From NCBI GenBank assembly GCA_965248205.1, contig CBDFIS010000006.1:6637997-6701996 (forward strand): 64,000 nt of DNA. The letters are read 5' to 3'. Every line of letters begins with the position of its first letter. Position 1 is the first letter of the stretch. This DNA comes from Bryobacterales bacterium. Lineage in GTDB: Bacteria; Acidobacteriota; Terriglobia; Bryobacterales; UBA6623. Of this stretch, positions 1-10,083 are shown one piece after another. The notes beneath the pieces are model-generated. The model had not been told where the DNA came from, did not search any database, and saw only the letters and a list, made by a program, of their open reading frames with translations. The position numbers and the translations under genes were made by a program.

Positions 1-2
1 AT

Positions 3-1307
3 CGAGTCGGAGACAATCTTTTCGCGAACTGTGTGTTGGCGCTCAACGCTGCCACGGGCGAGAGACTCTGGCACTTCCAGGTAGTCAAGCATGACATCTG
101 GGACCGCGATTTGCCTGCCCCGCCAAACTTGGTTACTCTTCTCCGCGACGGCAAACTGATCGACGCCGTAGCCCAAGTCACGAAGAGCGGGCACATCTTC
201 GTATTTGACCGCGACACAGGAGAACCGCTCTTCCCGATCGGATATCGCAAGGCCCAGACATCGGACGTCCCCGGGGAAGTCACCGCCGAGAGGCAGCCTT
301 TCCCCCTCAAGCCGCCGCCCATCGCCCGGCAGCGTTTCACCGAGGAGATGGTGACCCAGCGGACGCCCGAAGCGCATCGGGCAGTCCTAGAGCGTTTGCG
401 GAAAGTCCGCAATGGCGGCCCGTTTGATCCACCCAGTCTTCAAGGGACCATTTTCTTTCCGGGCGTCGATGGTGGCCCCGGGTGGGGCGGCGCGGCGTTC
501 GACCCGGAAACCGGCCTGCTCTACGTGAATTCCAACGAGATGGCTTGGATCATGCGACTAACCGAGCTCAACCTAGACGATCAGCGGCGCACGGGACGAA
601 CTCTGTACCTGCGGTACTGTGCAAACTGCCACCGCGAAGACCGTAGGGGCTCACCGCCCGAGTTTCCGTCGCTGGTCGGCGTCGAAAACCGGCTCACACC
701 AACGGAGATCTACACGGTCGTAGCCGTGGGCCAAGGGCGCATGCCGGGCTTCCCGACTTTGGGTTGGGATGAGTTGCCCGCCCTAGTCCAATACGCATCG
801 ACCGGGGAGGATACGGTACTCGAGCCGGGGGGCGAACTATCTACGGAACAGGCAAACATGCCTTACTTCCACGACGGCTACAATCGATTCTTGGATCCGG
901 ACGGTTACCCTGCCGTCGAGCCGCCCTGGGGCACGTTGAACGCGATCAATCTGGACACTGCGGAGAATGTCTGGCGAATCCCCTTGGGTGAGTACCCGGA
1001 ACTGGTCGAGCAGGGTATTCGGAACACGGGAACGGAGAACTATGGCGGTCCAGCAGTCACGGCCGGGGGACTAATTTTTATCGCCGCAACCGGGCCAGAC
1101 AAAAAATTCCGTGCGCTCGACAAGATGACCGGCGAGCTCCTTTGGGAAACAACTCTTCCCGCGGGAGGAAACGCTACCCCATCGATCTATGAGGTGGATG
1201 GCCGGCAGTTTGTCGTGATCGCGTGCGGCGGCGGAAAGACCGGCGCGCCGTCCGGAGGCTCCTACGTCGCGTTTGCGTTGCCCAAAGCAGTAACTTCGGG
1301 TATCTGA
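3..1307 (+). CDS. PQQ-dependent (quinoprotein glucose-type) dehydrogenase with internal cytochrome c domain, 5' partial
   Basis: Frame is open from the window start ([17 protein letters not shown]). Contains [23 protein letters not shown] and C-terminal PQQ beta-propeller motifs, plus heme motif CANCH...GRMP. Confidence 0.9.
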   Translation, partial: RVGDNLFANCVLALNAATGERLWHFQVVKHDIWDRDLPAPPNLVTLLRDGKLIDAVAQVTKSGHIFVFDRDTGEPLFPIGYRKAQTSDVPGEVTAERQPFPLKPPPIARQRFTEEMVTQRTPEAHRAVLERLRKVRNGGPFDPPSLQGTIFFPGVDGGPGWGGAAFDPETGLLYVNSNEMAWIMRLTELNLDDQRRTGRTLYLRYCANCHREDRRGSPPEFPSLVGVENRLTPTEIYTVVAVGQGRMPGFPTLGWDELPALVQYASTGEDTVLEPGGELSTEQANMPYFHDGYNRFLDPDGYPAVEPPWGTLNAINLDTAENVWRIPLGEYPELVEQGIRNTGTENYGGPAVTAGGLIFIAATGPDKKFRALDKMTGELLWETTLPAGGNATPSIYEVDGRQFVVIACGGGKTGAPSGGSYVAFALPKAVTSGI

Positions 1308-1450
1308 CAAGCTGTGGCAAAAAGTCAGCGGCGCGGGTTCTCCCGAGCCGTGACCGTGAGGGAGCGGTCCAGGGACTATCGACCGTATTAGCAATCGTGG
1401 ACTGATGGGGACAACCACCATAGCAGCACCTGGCTAGTTCGGAGGGCCGT

Positions 1451-1550
1451 GGGGACAGGCAACCAAGCGAACCTCGTCCGCGCCACGAAGGTGGTCGGGT
1501 ATTTGCCTGTGGGAACCCTGAACGTAGAAGCGTCCGGGGTGCCTGTCCCC
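1451..1550. repeat. ~100 bp palindromic repeat element (GGGGACAGGCA...TGCCTGTCCCC)
   Basis: Terminal inverted repeat. A homologous inverted copy lies at 43083-43191. Confidence 0.8.
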
Positions 1551-1672
1551 CTTCCTGGCGATAGGTAAACCGATCGCCTGGGCCGCGGCATGTTACTGCT
1601 CGTACATCCTTGCGCGGTCGATGGCCGACGACTCGAGTTCATCCCTGAGACCCTAGACTATGATGAAGTGAG

Positions 1673-2674
1673 ATGAAACTGACTGAAAGAGCGACGCGCG
1701 TTCCCCTGCTAGCCTCAGCGGCACTTTTGTGTTGGTTAGGCGCTGTAACTCCTTGCTCCGCCCAAGCGCTGGGGGATCCGGCGGAGGACCTTGCGGCCTT
1801 CGGCCAGCCTCAGAGTGAAGCCCAAATGGGCCCTAGTAATGCTCTGGACAAAGAAGACCTGGAGATCTACTTGCGGCACCTCTACGCTTGGGCGCCGGGG
1901 GTCCAGGTAGAAATCGGGGCCTTTGAACCCTCGTCCGTTGATGGTCTTTTGCGAACGACTGTGCGGCTCTCCTACAAGCTCCGGTCGCGGGAGATCGTAT
2001 TCCGCATTACCAAGGATGGCCGGCAGGTGCTCGACGGATCTGCCTACGAGATCGCCAAGAATCCCTTTCAGTCGAACCTGGAAAAAATTACGACCGCCCC
2101 TCACCCCAGCTTCGGCACCTCCGGAGCGCCGGTCGTGGTCGTGGCCTACAGCGATTTCCAATGTCCGTATTGCGCTAAGGAGGCAAAGGTTCTTCGCACT
2201 CAGCTAATCGAAGCCTACCCCGAAGACGTACGGGTCTACTTTCGGGACTACCCTCTAAAGACCCACAACTGGGCGATGGGCGCCGCGATCGCGGGGCGCT
2301 GCATCTACCAGCTCGAGCCGGAGGCGTTTTGGCAGTATCACGACTGGATCTTCGAACACCAGAAGGATATGACGCCCGCGAACCTAAAAGACAAGGTCAT
2401 GGAGTTCGCCACTGGCGAGGGGCTGGATGTGCTGAAACTAGGCCCTTGCATAGACAGCCGCGAAACGGAAAAGGCCATTCAAGAATCAATAAGAGAGGGG
2501 GCCTCGGTTGGGGTTCGCTCCACGCCCACTCTGTTCATTAACGGGCGCCTCGTGACGGGGGCGGTCGAATGGGAACGCCTGAAGCAGATCGTTGACAACG
2601 AAATTGAGTATCAAAAAGTGGCCAACAACGCCGGGGACGACTGCGGCTGTGAGGTCACGCTTTCAACTCCTTGA
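1673..2674 (+). CDS. DsbA-family thioredoxin-domain protein
   Basis: Signal peptide, YSDFQCPYC active site, GVRSTPTLFING cis-Pro motif, extra C-terminal CGC. Confidence 0.9.
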   Translation: MKLTERATRVPLLASAALLCWLGAVTPCSAQALGDPAEDLAAFGQPQSEAQMGPSNALDKEDLEIYLRHLYAWAPGVQVEIGAFEPSSVDGLLRTTVRLSYKLRSREIVFRITKDGRQVLDGSAYEIAKNPFQSNLEKITTAPHPSFGTSGAPVVVVAYSDFQCPYCAKEAKVLRTQLIEAYPEDVRVYFRDYPLKTHNWAMGAAIAGRCIYQLEPEAFWQYHDWIFEHQKDMTPANLKDKVMEFATGEGLDVLKLGPCIDSRETEKAIQESIREGASVGVRSTPTLFINGRLVTGAVEWERLKQIVDNEIEYQKVANNAGDDCGCEVTLSTP

Positions 2675-2691
2675 GACCCCTGAAAGAATCC

Positions 2692-4539
2692 ATGCGCGTG
2701 GCGATCCCTAGCGGCCGCGTCAAGTGCTACCATGCCGGGCTTGCGCTGGCGGTTTGGTGTGCAACAGCCCTCGCGGAACCCGCCAAGCTCGCCGGCGTCG
2801 ATCCCGACCAGTACGTCGAGCACGTAAGATTTCTTGCTGCTCCCGAGATGAAGGGCCGGGGGGCGGGCTCTCCCGAGCTGAAGCTAGCGGCGGACTACAT
2901 CGCAGGGCAGTTTCAGGATCTCGGGCTGAGCCCGGCCGGAGGCGACGGCTCGTACCTCCAGTCTTTTGTAGTCACCACGGGCGCCACAATGGGCCCGCGC
3001 AACCGGCTCGTCGTTCGCCGCGAGGGTTCTGAGTTAGCGCTTGAACCCGGCGAGGACTACGTCCCCGTGAGCTTTTCCTCCGCGGGATCTGTGACTGGAG
3101 GGGTCGTCTTCGCGGGCTACGGAGTGTCGGCCTCCGAGTTTGAATACGACGACTACTTCCATCTCGATGTGAAGGACAAGATTGTCGTCGTCCTTCGGTA
3201 CGAGCCAAATCAGTTCGCCGAAAAACGCGGATCCGATCCAGGCACGTATACCCACCATTCGCACTTGATCAGCAAGGCGATTAACGCCCGCGAGCGGGGC
3301 GCCAAGGCACTTCTGATTGTCAACGGTGAGCTTGAGGGTGAAGAGGAAGATTTGCTGGTGAAGTTCGGGAGTGTAGCCGGCCCCGAGAATGCGGGCATCT
3401 TAGTGTCCCATGTGAAAAACAAGGCCGTGGACGCGTGGCTTTCGCGGGAAGGAAAGTCTCTCGCCCGACAGCAGTCCGAAATCGACGAAGGCTATCGTCC
3501 GAAGTCCTTTTCTCTATCAGGCGAGTTAACGATTTCTCTCGACGTTGACATCGAGCGCAAGCAGGCGGAGGTGCACAACGTTGCCGGCTACTTCCCTGGG
3601 GACTCGGACGAATACGTCATCATCGGGGCGCACTATGATCATTTGGGTTTCGGTGATCAGAATTCTCTCTCTCCGTCCCGAATCGGAGAAGTGCATCCCG
3701 GCGCGGACGACAATGCGTCGGGTACGGCGGGTCTGATCGAGCTGGCACGCATTTTCGCGGGGTGCCGAGAAACCCTCCGTCGCGGCGTATTGTTTCTGGC
3801 CTTTGCCGGCGAGGAGATCGGCTTGCTCGGATCGTCGCACTGGGCAAACCACCCGACACTCCCGCTTAACAAAGCGATCGCCATGATCAACATGGACATG
3901 ATCGGGCGGATACGGAAGTCCAAGGTATACGTAGGCGGTGTCGGGACTGGTTCTACATTCGGGTCGCTGCTCGAAGCCGCGAGCAAGAATCACCACTTCA
4001 GGATCGACCCGGCCCAGACCGGTTACAGCTCGAGTGACCACACAACTTTCGTTGGCAAACGCATCCCAGTCTTGTTTTTCTTTTCCGGCTTGCACTCCGA
4101 CTATCACAAACCGACCGATACCTGGCAGAAGATCAAAGGCGGGAACGCCGCGGACCTGCTGGACATGATCGCCGAGGTAACTGCGAATATTCAGGCGGCG
4201 CCAGACCCTCCGGCCTTCATCGAAGTCGATCGTCCCCGGCGCGGAGGCGGCCGCTCGGGCGGGGGCGGCGGGTATGGTCCCTATTTCGGTTCGGTGCCAG
4301 ACTTCGGGGAGGTCGAAAGTGGCGTCAAGTTTGCCGACATTCGCCCGGGATCGCCGGCGGCCAAGGGCGGCTTGGAAGCAGGCGATATCCTCGTTCAGTT
4401 TGGCGATAAAGCGATCAAGAACCTTTACGACTTCACTTACGCCTTGCGTGGCAGCAAAGTCGGGGACGTGGTCGAGGTGAAGGTCCTGCGAGAGGGGCAG
4501 GAGGTCTCAACGCGCGTAAAATTGGAGCAGCGCCGATAA
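2692..4539 (+). CDS. M28 family aminopeptidase with PA and C-terminal PDZ domains
   Basis: GAHYDHLG, GADDNASG, GEEIGLLGS, SDH and HSDYHKPTD motifs; PDZ signature GSPAAKGGLEAGDIL. Start codon uncertain (2671 or 2692). Confidence 0.92.
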   Translation: MRVAIPSGRVKCYHAGLALAVWCATALAEPAKLAGVDPDQYVEHVRFLAAPEMKGRGAGSPELKLAADYIAGQFQDLGLSPAGGDGSYLQSFVVTTGATMGPRNRLVVRREGSELALEPGEDYVPVSFSSAGSVTGGVVFAGYGVSASEFEYDDYFHLDVKDKIVVVLRYEPNQFAEKRGSDPGTYTHHSHLISKAINARERGAKALLIVNGELEGEEEDLLVKFGSVAGPENAGILVSHVKNKAVDAWLSREGKSLARQQSEIDEGYRPKSFSLSGELTISLDVDIERKQAEVHNVAGYFPGDSDEYVIIGAHYDHLGFGDQNSLSPSRIGEVHPGADDNASGTAGLIELARIFAGCRETLRRGVLFLAFAGEEIGLLGSSHWANHPTLPLNKAIAMINMDMIGRIRKSKVYVGGVGTGSTFGSLLEAASKNHHFRIDPAQTGYSSSDHTTFVGKRIPVLFFFSGLHSDYHKPTDTWQKIKGGNAADLLDMIAEVTANIQAAPDPPAFIEVDRPRRGGGRSGGGGGYGPYFGSVPDFGEVESGVKFADIRPGSPAAKGGLEAGDILVQFGDKAIKNLYDFTYALRGSKVGDVVEVKVLREGQEVSTRVKLEQRR

Positions 4540-4679
4540 TCTGGATTTACTTAGTGGCCGGCAGCAGCCGAAGCAGATGACCGCCGTCAGGGATGTAGGG
4601 GCGCGATTCATCGCGCCCGCTTGCCGTGCCCGAAGCTCTCGGCCGCTCAAATATCCTGCCTTGCTAGAATGACTCCCTG

Positions 4680-5540
4680 ATGGACGCGGAAATCGGAATC
4701 ATCGGCGGCAGCGGGCTCTACAACATGCCTGGCTTGGAGGACCGTCGGGAGGTCGACATCGATACGCCATGGGGCGCCCCCTCGGACTCCTATGTGCTAG
4801 GGTCCCTTGCCGGACGGAAAGTCGCCTTCTTGGCTCGGCACGGGCGAGGGCATTGCGTCATGCCGTCGAACCTCAATTTCCGCGCCAACATTTACGGTCT
4901 CAAGACGCTGGGCGTTCAATGGGTGCTTTCGTTCAGCGCCGTCGGCTCGCTGCAAGAGAATCTCAAGCCCGTAGACTTCGTCATTCCCGACCAGTTTTTT
5001 GACCGCACGCGTGGCCGGGTCTCAACGTTCTTCGACGAAGATGTGGTGGTTCACATCGGCTTTGCCGATCCGATCTGTTCACAGCTCGCCGATGTCGTCG
5101 AACAGGCCTGCAAAACGGTAGGTGTGACGGTTCATCGCGGCGGAACGTACTGTTGTATGGAAGGGCCGGCTTTTTCGACGCGCGCGGAATCGAATCTCAA
5201 CCGGCAGTGGGGCTTTTCCGTGATCGGGATGACGAACCTACAGGAGGCCAAACTCGCCCGCGAGGCCGAAATGTCTTACGTGACGGTGGCTATGGTGACT
5301 GATTACGACTGCTGGCATCCCGACCACGACGCGGTCACCGTCGAACAGGTAATCGAGTATCTCAGCAAGAATGCTGAAAACGCCCAGGCGGTAGCGCTCG
5401 AAGCGGTCAGGAATGTTCCGCGCGATCAGCCCAGTCCATACGCTTCGGCATTGAAAAACGCCATCCTCACGGACCGAAACATAATTTCCGCGGACTCTCG
5501 CAAAAAGTACGAGCTGTTGATCGGTAAGTATCTCGCGTAG
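4680..5540 (+). CDS. mtnP: S-methyl-5'-thioadenosine phosphorylase
   Basis: [44 protein letters not shown] and VTDYDCWH motifs. Confidence 0.95.
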   Translation: MDAEIGIIGGSGLYNMPGLEDRREVDIDTPWGAPSDSYVLGSLAGRKVAFLARHGRGHCVMPSNLNFRANIYGLKTLGVQWVLSFSAVGSLQENLKPVDFVIPDQFFDRTRGRVSTFFDEDVVVHIGFADPICSQLADVVEQACKTVGVTVHRGGTYCCMEGPAFSTRAESNLNRQWGFSVIGMTNLQEAKLAREAEMSYVTVAMVTDYDCWHPDHDAVTVEQVIEYLSKNAENAQAVALEAVRNVPRDQPSPYASALKNAILTDRNIISADSRKKYELLIGKYLA

Positions 5541-5913
5541 CTGGCGCCGTGGCGGCCGTGGGGAAGGTCCTTCGCCGAAAAAATGGATGCGGGAAGGTGT
5601 GAAAAAATCACTACGGCGAGTTGAAGTGTCTATCGTAGGGCCGATTGGGTGAGCGACATGTTGAGCTTAACCTGGGTTCTTGCGTGCGGGCAGCCCGGAA
5701 ACAGGTGTCGATAGAAGTACCGACACGGCAGGTCTGGGGACCTGCGCTACGAGGGTGGTTGTTCCCTTACGCTCGGAGCGGCGCCGTTGGGCTTCGGTGT
5801 CTGTTGTGGCGCAGACGCCTACGTCTGCCGCGTCGACACTCGTGTCGACGCTGGGACGTCGCTCAGTGCGGCTGACATCCGGCGCCGCCGCGTAGCAAGC
5901 GAAGGCGAAACCA

Positions 5914-6828
5914 ATGTCACTACTTGTAGTCGGCTCGGTAGCCTACGACGGGGTGGAAACGCCCTATGGAAAGGTCGATCGCATGCTCGGGGGCTCGTCG
6001 ACGTATATCTCTCTCGCCGCCAGCCATTTCACGAAGGTCAATCTCGTGGGCGTCGTTGGTGATGACTTTGCTCCGGAAGACGAGGCCATTCTGCTTGACC
6101 ATGGGGTTCACCTCGAGGGGCTCGATAAAGTCCCTGGCAAGACTTTCTACTGGTCGGGCGTCTACTCCAAAGATATGAATGAGCGGACAACGCTGAAGAC
6201 TGAATTGAACGTCTTTGCTGACTTCAATCCTCACGTCCCGGAATCCTATCGTTCCACGCCCTATGCTTTTCTCGGCAACATCGATCCAATGCTGCAGGCG
6301 CAAGTGCGGGAACAGATGCGATCGCCCCGCTTCGTCGGCGGAGATACGATGAACTTCTGGATCGAAGGCACGCCGGACGAGCTGGCCCACGCCATCCGCA
6401 AGTGGGATTTCATTCTTATCAACGATGGTGAAGCACGCCAGCTTTCGGGCGAGTTCAACCTTCGTAGAGCGGCCGAGCGAATCCACGACATGGGCCCGCA
6501 CACCGTCGTCATCAAGCGGGGCGAATACGGTGCCATCCTCTTCCGGTCGGAAGGTTATTTTGTCGCTCCGGGCTTTCTCTTGGAAACCGTCTTCGACCCC
6601 ACCGGCGCGGGTGATTCATTCGCAGGCGGCTTCATGGGCTATCTCGCCGAGGTCGGAATCAGCGATATTGACCACGCGTCTCATGTCCATCTACGCCGTG
6701 CCATGATTTATGGCTCCGTAATGGGAAGTTTCTGCTGCGAGCAGTTCGGCACCGGCCGTCTTCGAACGCTCACCCGCGAAGAGATCGAAGCCCGCTTCCA
6801 AGAGTTCAAGGCGTTCACCGAGTTTTGA
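5914..6828 (+). CDS. PfkB family carbohydrate/nucleoside kinase
   Basis: VVGSVAYD, LGGSSTY and DPTGAGDSFAGG PfkB signatures. Confidence 0.92.
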   Translation: MSLLVVGSVAYDGVETPYGKVDRMLGGSSTYISLAASHFTKVNLVGVVGDDFAPEDEAILLDHGVHLEGLDKVPGKTFYWSGVYSKDMNERTTLKTELNVFADFNPHVPESYRSTPYAFLGNIDPMLQAQVREQMRSPRFVGGDTMNFWIEGTPDELAHAIRKWDFILINDGEARQLSGEFNLRRAAERIHDMGPHTVVIKRGEYGAILFRSEGYFVAPGFLLETVFDPTGAGDSFAGGFMGYLAEVGISDIDHASHVHLRRAMIYGSVMGSFCCEQFGTGRLRTLTREEIEARFQEFKAFTEF

Positions 6829-6842
6829 CCGAGTCTGTCCGA

Positions 6843-7685
6843 ATGACGATTCCTTTCACGAAGGCGCAAGCGGTGGGGAACGACTTCCTGATCGTCGAAT
6901 GGGGTTCGCTGTCCGCGGAAGGTGTCACCGAGCCGAGTCTGCCTGAGCTCGCACGTCGCATCTGCCATCGTCACCACGGTGTGGGAGCCGACGGTCTTGA
7001 GGTGGTTTTCGCGTCCGACGATCCTCACGCCGACGTCCGGCTCCGAATCTTCAACTCCGACGGTAGCGAGGCCGAGGTCTCGGGCAACGGCACACGCGCG
7101 GTGGCAGCGTTTCTGATTGCCGAGCGCAGTGCTGACAGCGCACTCCGTATACAAACCAAAGCTGGTGTCAAGGAAGTTGGCCTGATCGAGCGACAAGGAA
7201 GAATCTTTGTCTTCGAGATGACGATGGGGCGGCCCACCTACCTAGAGAGCGACATCGGCTGCTCCCTCGAAACCCACGGCGGCGCGCGTCGCGTCACGCT
7301 ACTCAACGTCGGCAACCCGCAGTGCGTTGTCTTTGTCACCGATTTCGACTTCAACTGGCGAGCCGTGGGCCGCGAGATCGAAACGCACAACAGGTTCCCG
7401 GATCAAACCAACGTTTCGTTTGTGAAGATCCTCGATCGGAATGTGATGGACGTTCGTTTCTGGGAACGAGGGGCCGGCGAGACAGTGAGCTCCGGTACCG
7501 GGGCCACCGGTGCCGCCGTTGCGGGGATTCTCACAGACCAGGTTCAAACCCCCGTGCGGGTCGTCACGCCGGCGGGCGACCTCAACGTCCGTTGGGAACA
7601 GGGGAACGAAGCCACCCTGGTGGGACCGGTCGAGATCGTTGCCCACGGCGACTTTTACTGGATGTCGGAGTCCGAATCCGACTGA
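6843..7685 (+). CDS. dapF: Diaminopimelate epimerase
   Basis: FTKAQAVGNDF, GVGADG, FNSDGSEAEVSGNG, GNPQCV and ERGAGET motifs. Both catalytic Cys positions read Ser. Confidence 0.85.
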   Translation: MTIPFTKAQAVGNDFLIVEWGSLSAEGVTEPSLPELARRICHRHHGVGADGLEVVFASDDPHADVRLRIFNSDGSEAEVSGNGTRAVAAFLIAERSADSALRIQTKAGVKEVGLIERQGRIFVFEMTMGRPTYLESDIGCSLETHGGARRVTLLNVGNPQCVVFVTDFDFNWRAVGREIETHNRFPDQTNVSFVKILDRNVMDVRFWERGAGETVSSGTGATGAAVAGILTDQVQTPVRVVTPAGDLNVRWEQGNEATLVGPVEIVAHGDFYWMSESESD

Positions 7686-7935
7686 GCGCCACAAACTACA
7701 GTCGACAGAAAACCTGTCACGAACCCGCCTCTCCCGCTTTGTCTGACGAAATGCAACAAGCTTACGCGGGCAAACTGCCGGCGACCGTATCGAGAGATCA
7801 AAAGTTGTCCTCAGACCGGATCTTGTCGCCGTTCGAGCCATCCTGCCACGACCATGGTCCCAAATCTCTTGCAAAAAGGGGCTTTCTCCGGCCCCACCCC
7901 ACGTTTGGTCGCTCGCGTGCTTCTGTCACCGCGTC

Positions 7936-8883
7936 ATGATTTATCCTTTCACCAGCCTCAACCCAACTCTGGAGCCTCATTTCGTCAAAGATCCCGGTCC
8001 CAATAACCGCCAGGCCGCGTTCTGGGCTTTCATTCACGCCCAGGAAAAGACGTCCTCGACGCCGTCCGCCACAGGGCCTCCCCATTCAGAATTGCCCTCA
8101 CGGGCACGACACGTCGCATCCCTCGGCGGCCTCGAGAGCACCTCGGTCCCACCGTTATGGGCTCGAGCCCACCATGTGGCTCGGGGACGACTGCCTACTC
8201 ATTTGCCGCCCCATAGCCCCGCCGGCAGTCATCGTCCCACGAGCCTCCCGGAACTACCCTCCACCACGCAGCCACTCGTTAACCCCGGCACTCCCCGTTA
8301 CGAGGACGTTCCCGAGTGGGCGAAGCACCCTCTAGGACCGTACCGGCAGGCGCCGGCCGAATACGGAGGCGAATGGTGGTTCGTCAATCCGTTCACGGGG
8401 CCGGAACCCTGGATTCCCCGCGCGTCTCAGAGCGAGCAGGTCCTTCCAGACGGCTTCGCCGAAATATTCGGCTCGCGGCCACAAATGCGAGACTACAAGA
8501 GCAGTAACGAATTCTACGCCGCTCGGCTTACTTGGGAACAGGATCTGAAGTTCTTTAGAGGCGCCGGAGTGCCCGAACATCTCGATGTTGCCGAGATCGA
8601 ACGTGTTGGCGACATATACGAAGAGTGGGGCATGGGCCGGCCTTTGTTTTACGAAGGCCGCTACGGTTGGAAGGTTCGCTTTCCCGACTCGCACATCCCC
8701 AATTTTGAAGCCAATCCAGAGGGGATGATCCGCGCGCCACACGTACTCGTCGCACAGTATCAGATTAGGCTGATACAAAAAGGGACAGTCCCAGCGAATC
8801 CACATCCTTTCGTTCCTCCCGAGCTTTTCCCGGGTGGAACTGCGCTTGATCCCTTGAACGTGTCAGGCGAATCCGAATCCTAA
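7936..8883 (+). CDS. Hypothetical protein (Pro-rich N-terminus, aromatic-rich globular C-terminus)
   Basis: 315-aa ORF filling the intergenic space; no recognised motif. Confidence 0.6.
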   Translation: MIYPFTSLNPTLEPHFVKDPGPNNRQAAFWAFIHAQEKTSSTPSATGPPHSELPSRARHVASLGGLESTSVPPLWARAHHVARGRLPTHLPPHSPAGSHRPTSLPELPSTTQPLVNPGTPRYEDVPEWAKHPLGPYRQAPAEYGGEWWFVNPFTGPEPWIPRASQSEQVLPDGFAEIFGSRPQMRDYKSSNEFYAARLTWEQDLKFFRGAGVPEHLDVAEIERVGDIYEEWGMGRPLFYEGRYGWKVRFPDSHIPNFEANPEGMIRAPHVLVAQYQIRLIQKGTVPANPHPFVPPELFPGGTALDPLNVSGESES

Positions 8884-9090
8884 GCGTCCCGCGGTGCCCC
8901 GAACAAACGCTCGCCGCTTCTGACCGCCTTCCAACTGAGCCAGGTCCAGGTAGGCTGCCCGGCCAGGAAGATGTGAAAGAATCGGGACCGCCACAAGCGG
9001 CGCTCTCGGAAGCCTTTCGGATTCACCAGTCTTCACTCGCCGCGGTTGTCTGTCCCAGCGTTTTTTCACACCTTCAGCACCGATTGGTAG

Positions 9091-9867
9091 TTGCCTCTCT
9101 TTGATACAGTAGTGCCGGTGCACCTCTGGGTCTTGGCGGTTTCCGTTTTTTTCAGTAGCTCGTTGGCGACCGCCAAGGTGCGCGTCATGGTGTGGTCGGA
9201 GCGGAGTGAACCCGTGGACGTTTACCCGAACGGCATCAACGGTGCGATTCGGACAATGCTCGAGCTCGACCGCGGAATCAGTGTCGAAGCCGTGAACCTA
9301 CTCGATCCCCAGCAAGGTCTCGACAAAAGCGCTCTAGACAAAACAGACGTGCTGGTCTGGTTTGGCCATTTCAATCACGCAGATGTCACGGATGAGAACG
9401 TAGCCCGGGTTGTACGCCACGTCGTCGAGCGAGGCATGGGTTTTTTGCCGTTGCACTCGGCACACGCCAGCCGGCCGCTTCAGAAACTGTTCGAGGTCAA
9501 AGCCAAAAGCATAGGGATCGAGCTTGATGGAAGAATCGGTGCGTGGTCTCAAGTGACCAACCACGGGAAACCGGAGAACATCCGGGTGCTGGAGCCTCGC
9601 CACCCGATCGTGAGAGGGGTTGCGGATTTCGTAATCCCCGTAACGGAGATGTACGTCAACCCGCTCAACGCTCCTCCGGCGGACCGCAAGATCTTGGAAG
9701 GATCGTGGGAAGGCGGTGAGCAACGCGGCAGCGACGGCTTGATCTGGCGCGTCGGAAAAGGCAAGATCTTCTACTTTCGCCCGGGACACCAAACACGCCC
9801 CATCTATCGTCAGCCGGAGGTTCAACAGATTCTACGAAATGCAATCCGCTGGCTGGCGAAACGCTGA
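9091..9867 (+). CDS. ThuA-like (trehalose utilization) domain protein
   Basis: YPNGINGAI, DVLVWFGH, GMGFLPLHSAH and GKIFYFRPGHQT motifs; possible signal peptide. Confidence 0.88.
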   Translation: MPLFDTVVPVHLWVLAVSVFFSSSLATAKVRVMVWSERSEPVDVYPNGINGAIRTMLELDRGISVEAVNLLDPQQGLDKSALDKTDVLVWFGHFNHADVTDENVARVVRHVVERGMGFLPLHSAHASRPLQKLFEVKAKSIGIELDGRIGAWSQVTNHGKPENIRVLEPRHPIVRGVADFVIPVTEMYVNPLNAPPADRKILEGSWEGGEQRGSDGLIWRVGKGKIFYFRPGHQTRPIYRQPEVQQILRNAIRWLAKR

Positions 9868-10083
9868 CTGATAGAACCCGACATCCCTTCAAAGTCTCAC
9901 CTAGCCAATCGCCGGCCCCCCCCTAGAGGATGCATAGTCCTCCCCAAGAGGCCTTGTCCTCTGGGCGTCGCCATAACTGTCGCGCCTCGGCAAGGTGCCG
10001 CCTTGAATAAGTTTGTGGAGCTACGGATTGTTGTATTGATTACCGACGCGAGACTGCTCCTGCCCCCCAGCGATTAACGTGTG

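Noticed and set aside
3-1307. Cytochrome c inserted in a PQQ dehydrogenase as a novelty
   Set aside because: To my knowledge this architecture is common in Acidobacteria and Bacteroidetes.
7660-8883. Similar C-termini of dapF (SESESD) and the next ORF (GESES)
   Set aside because: Too short; probably coincidental.
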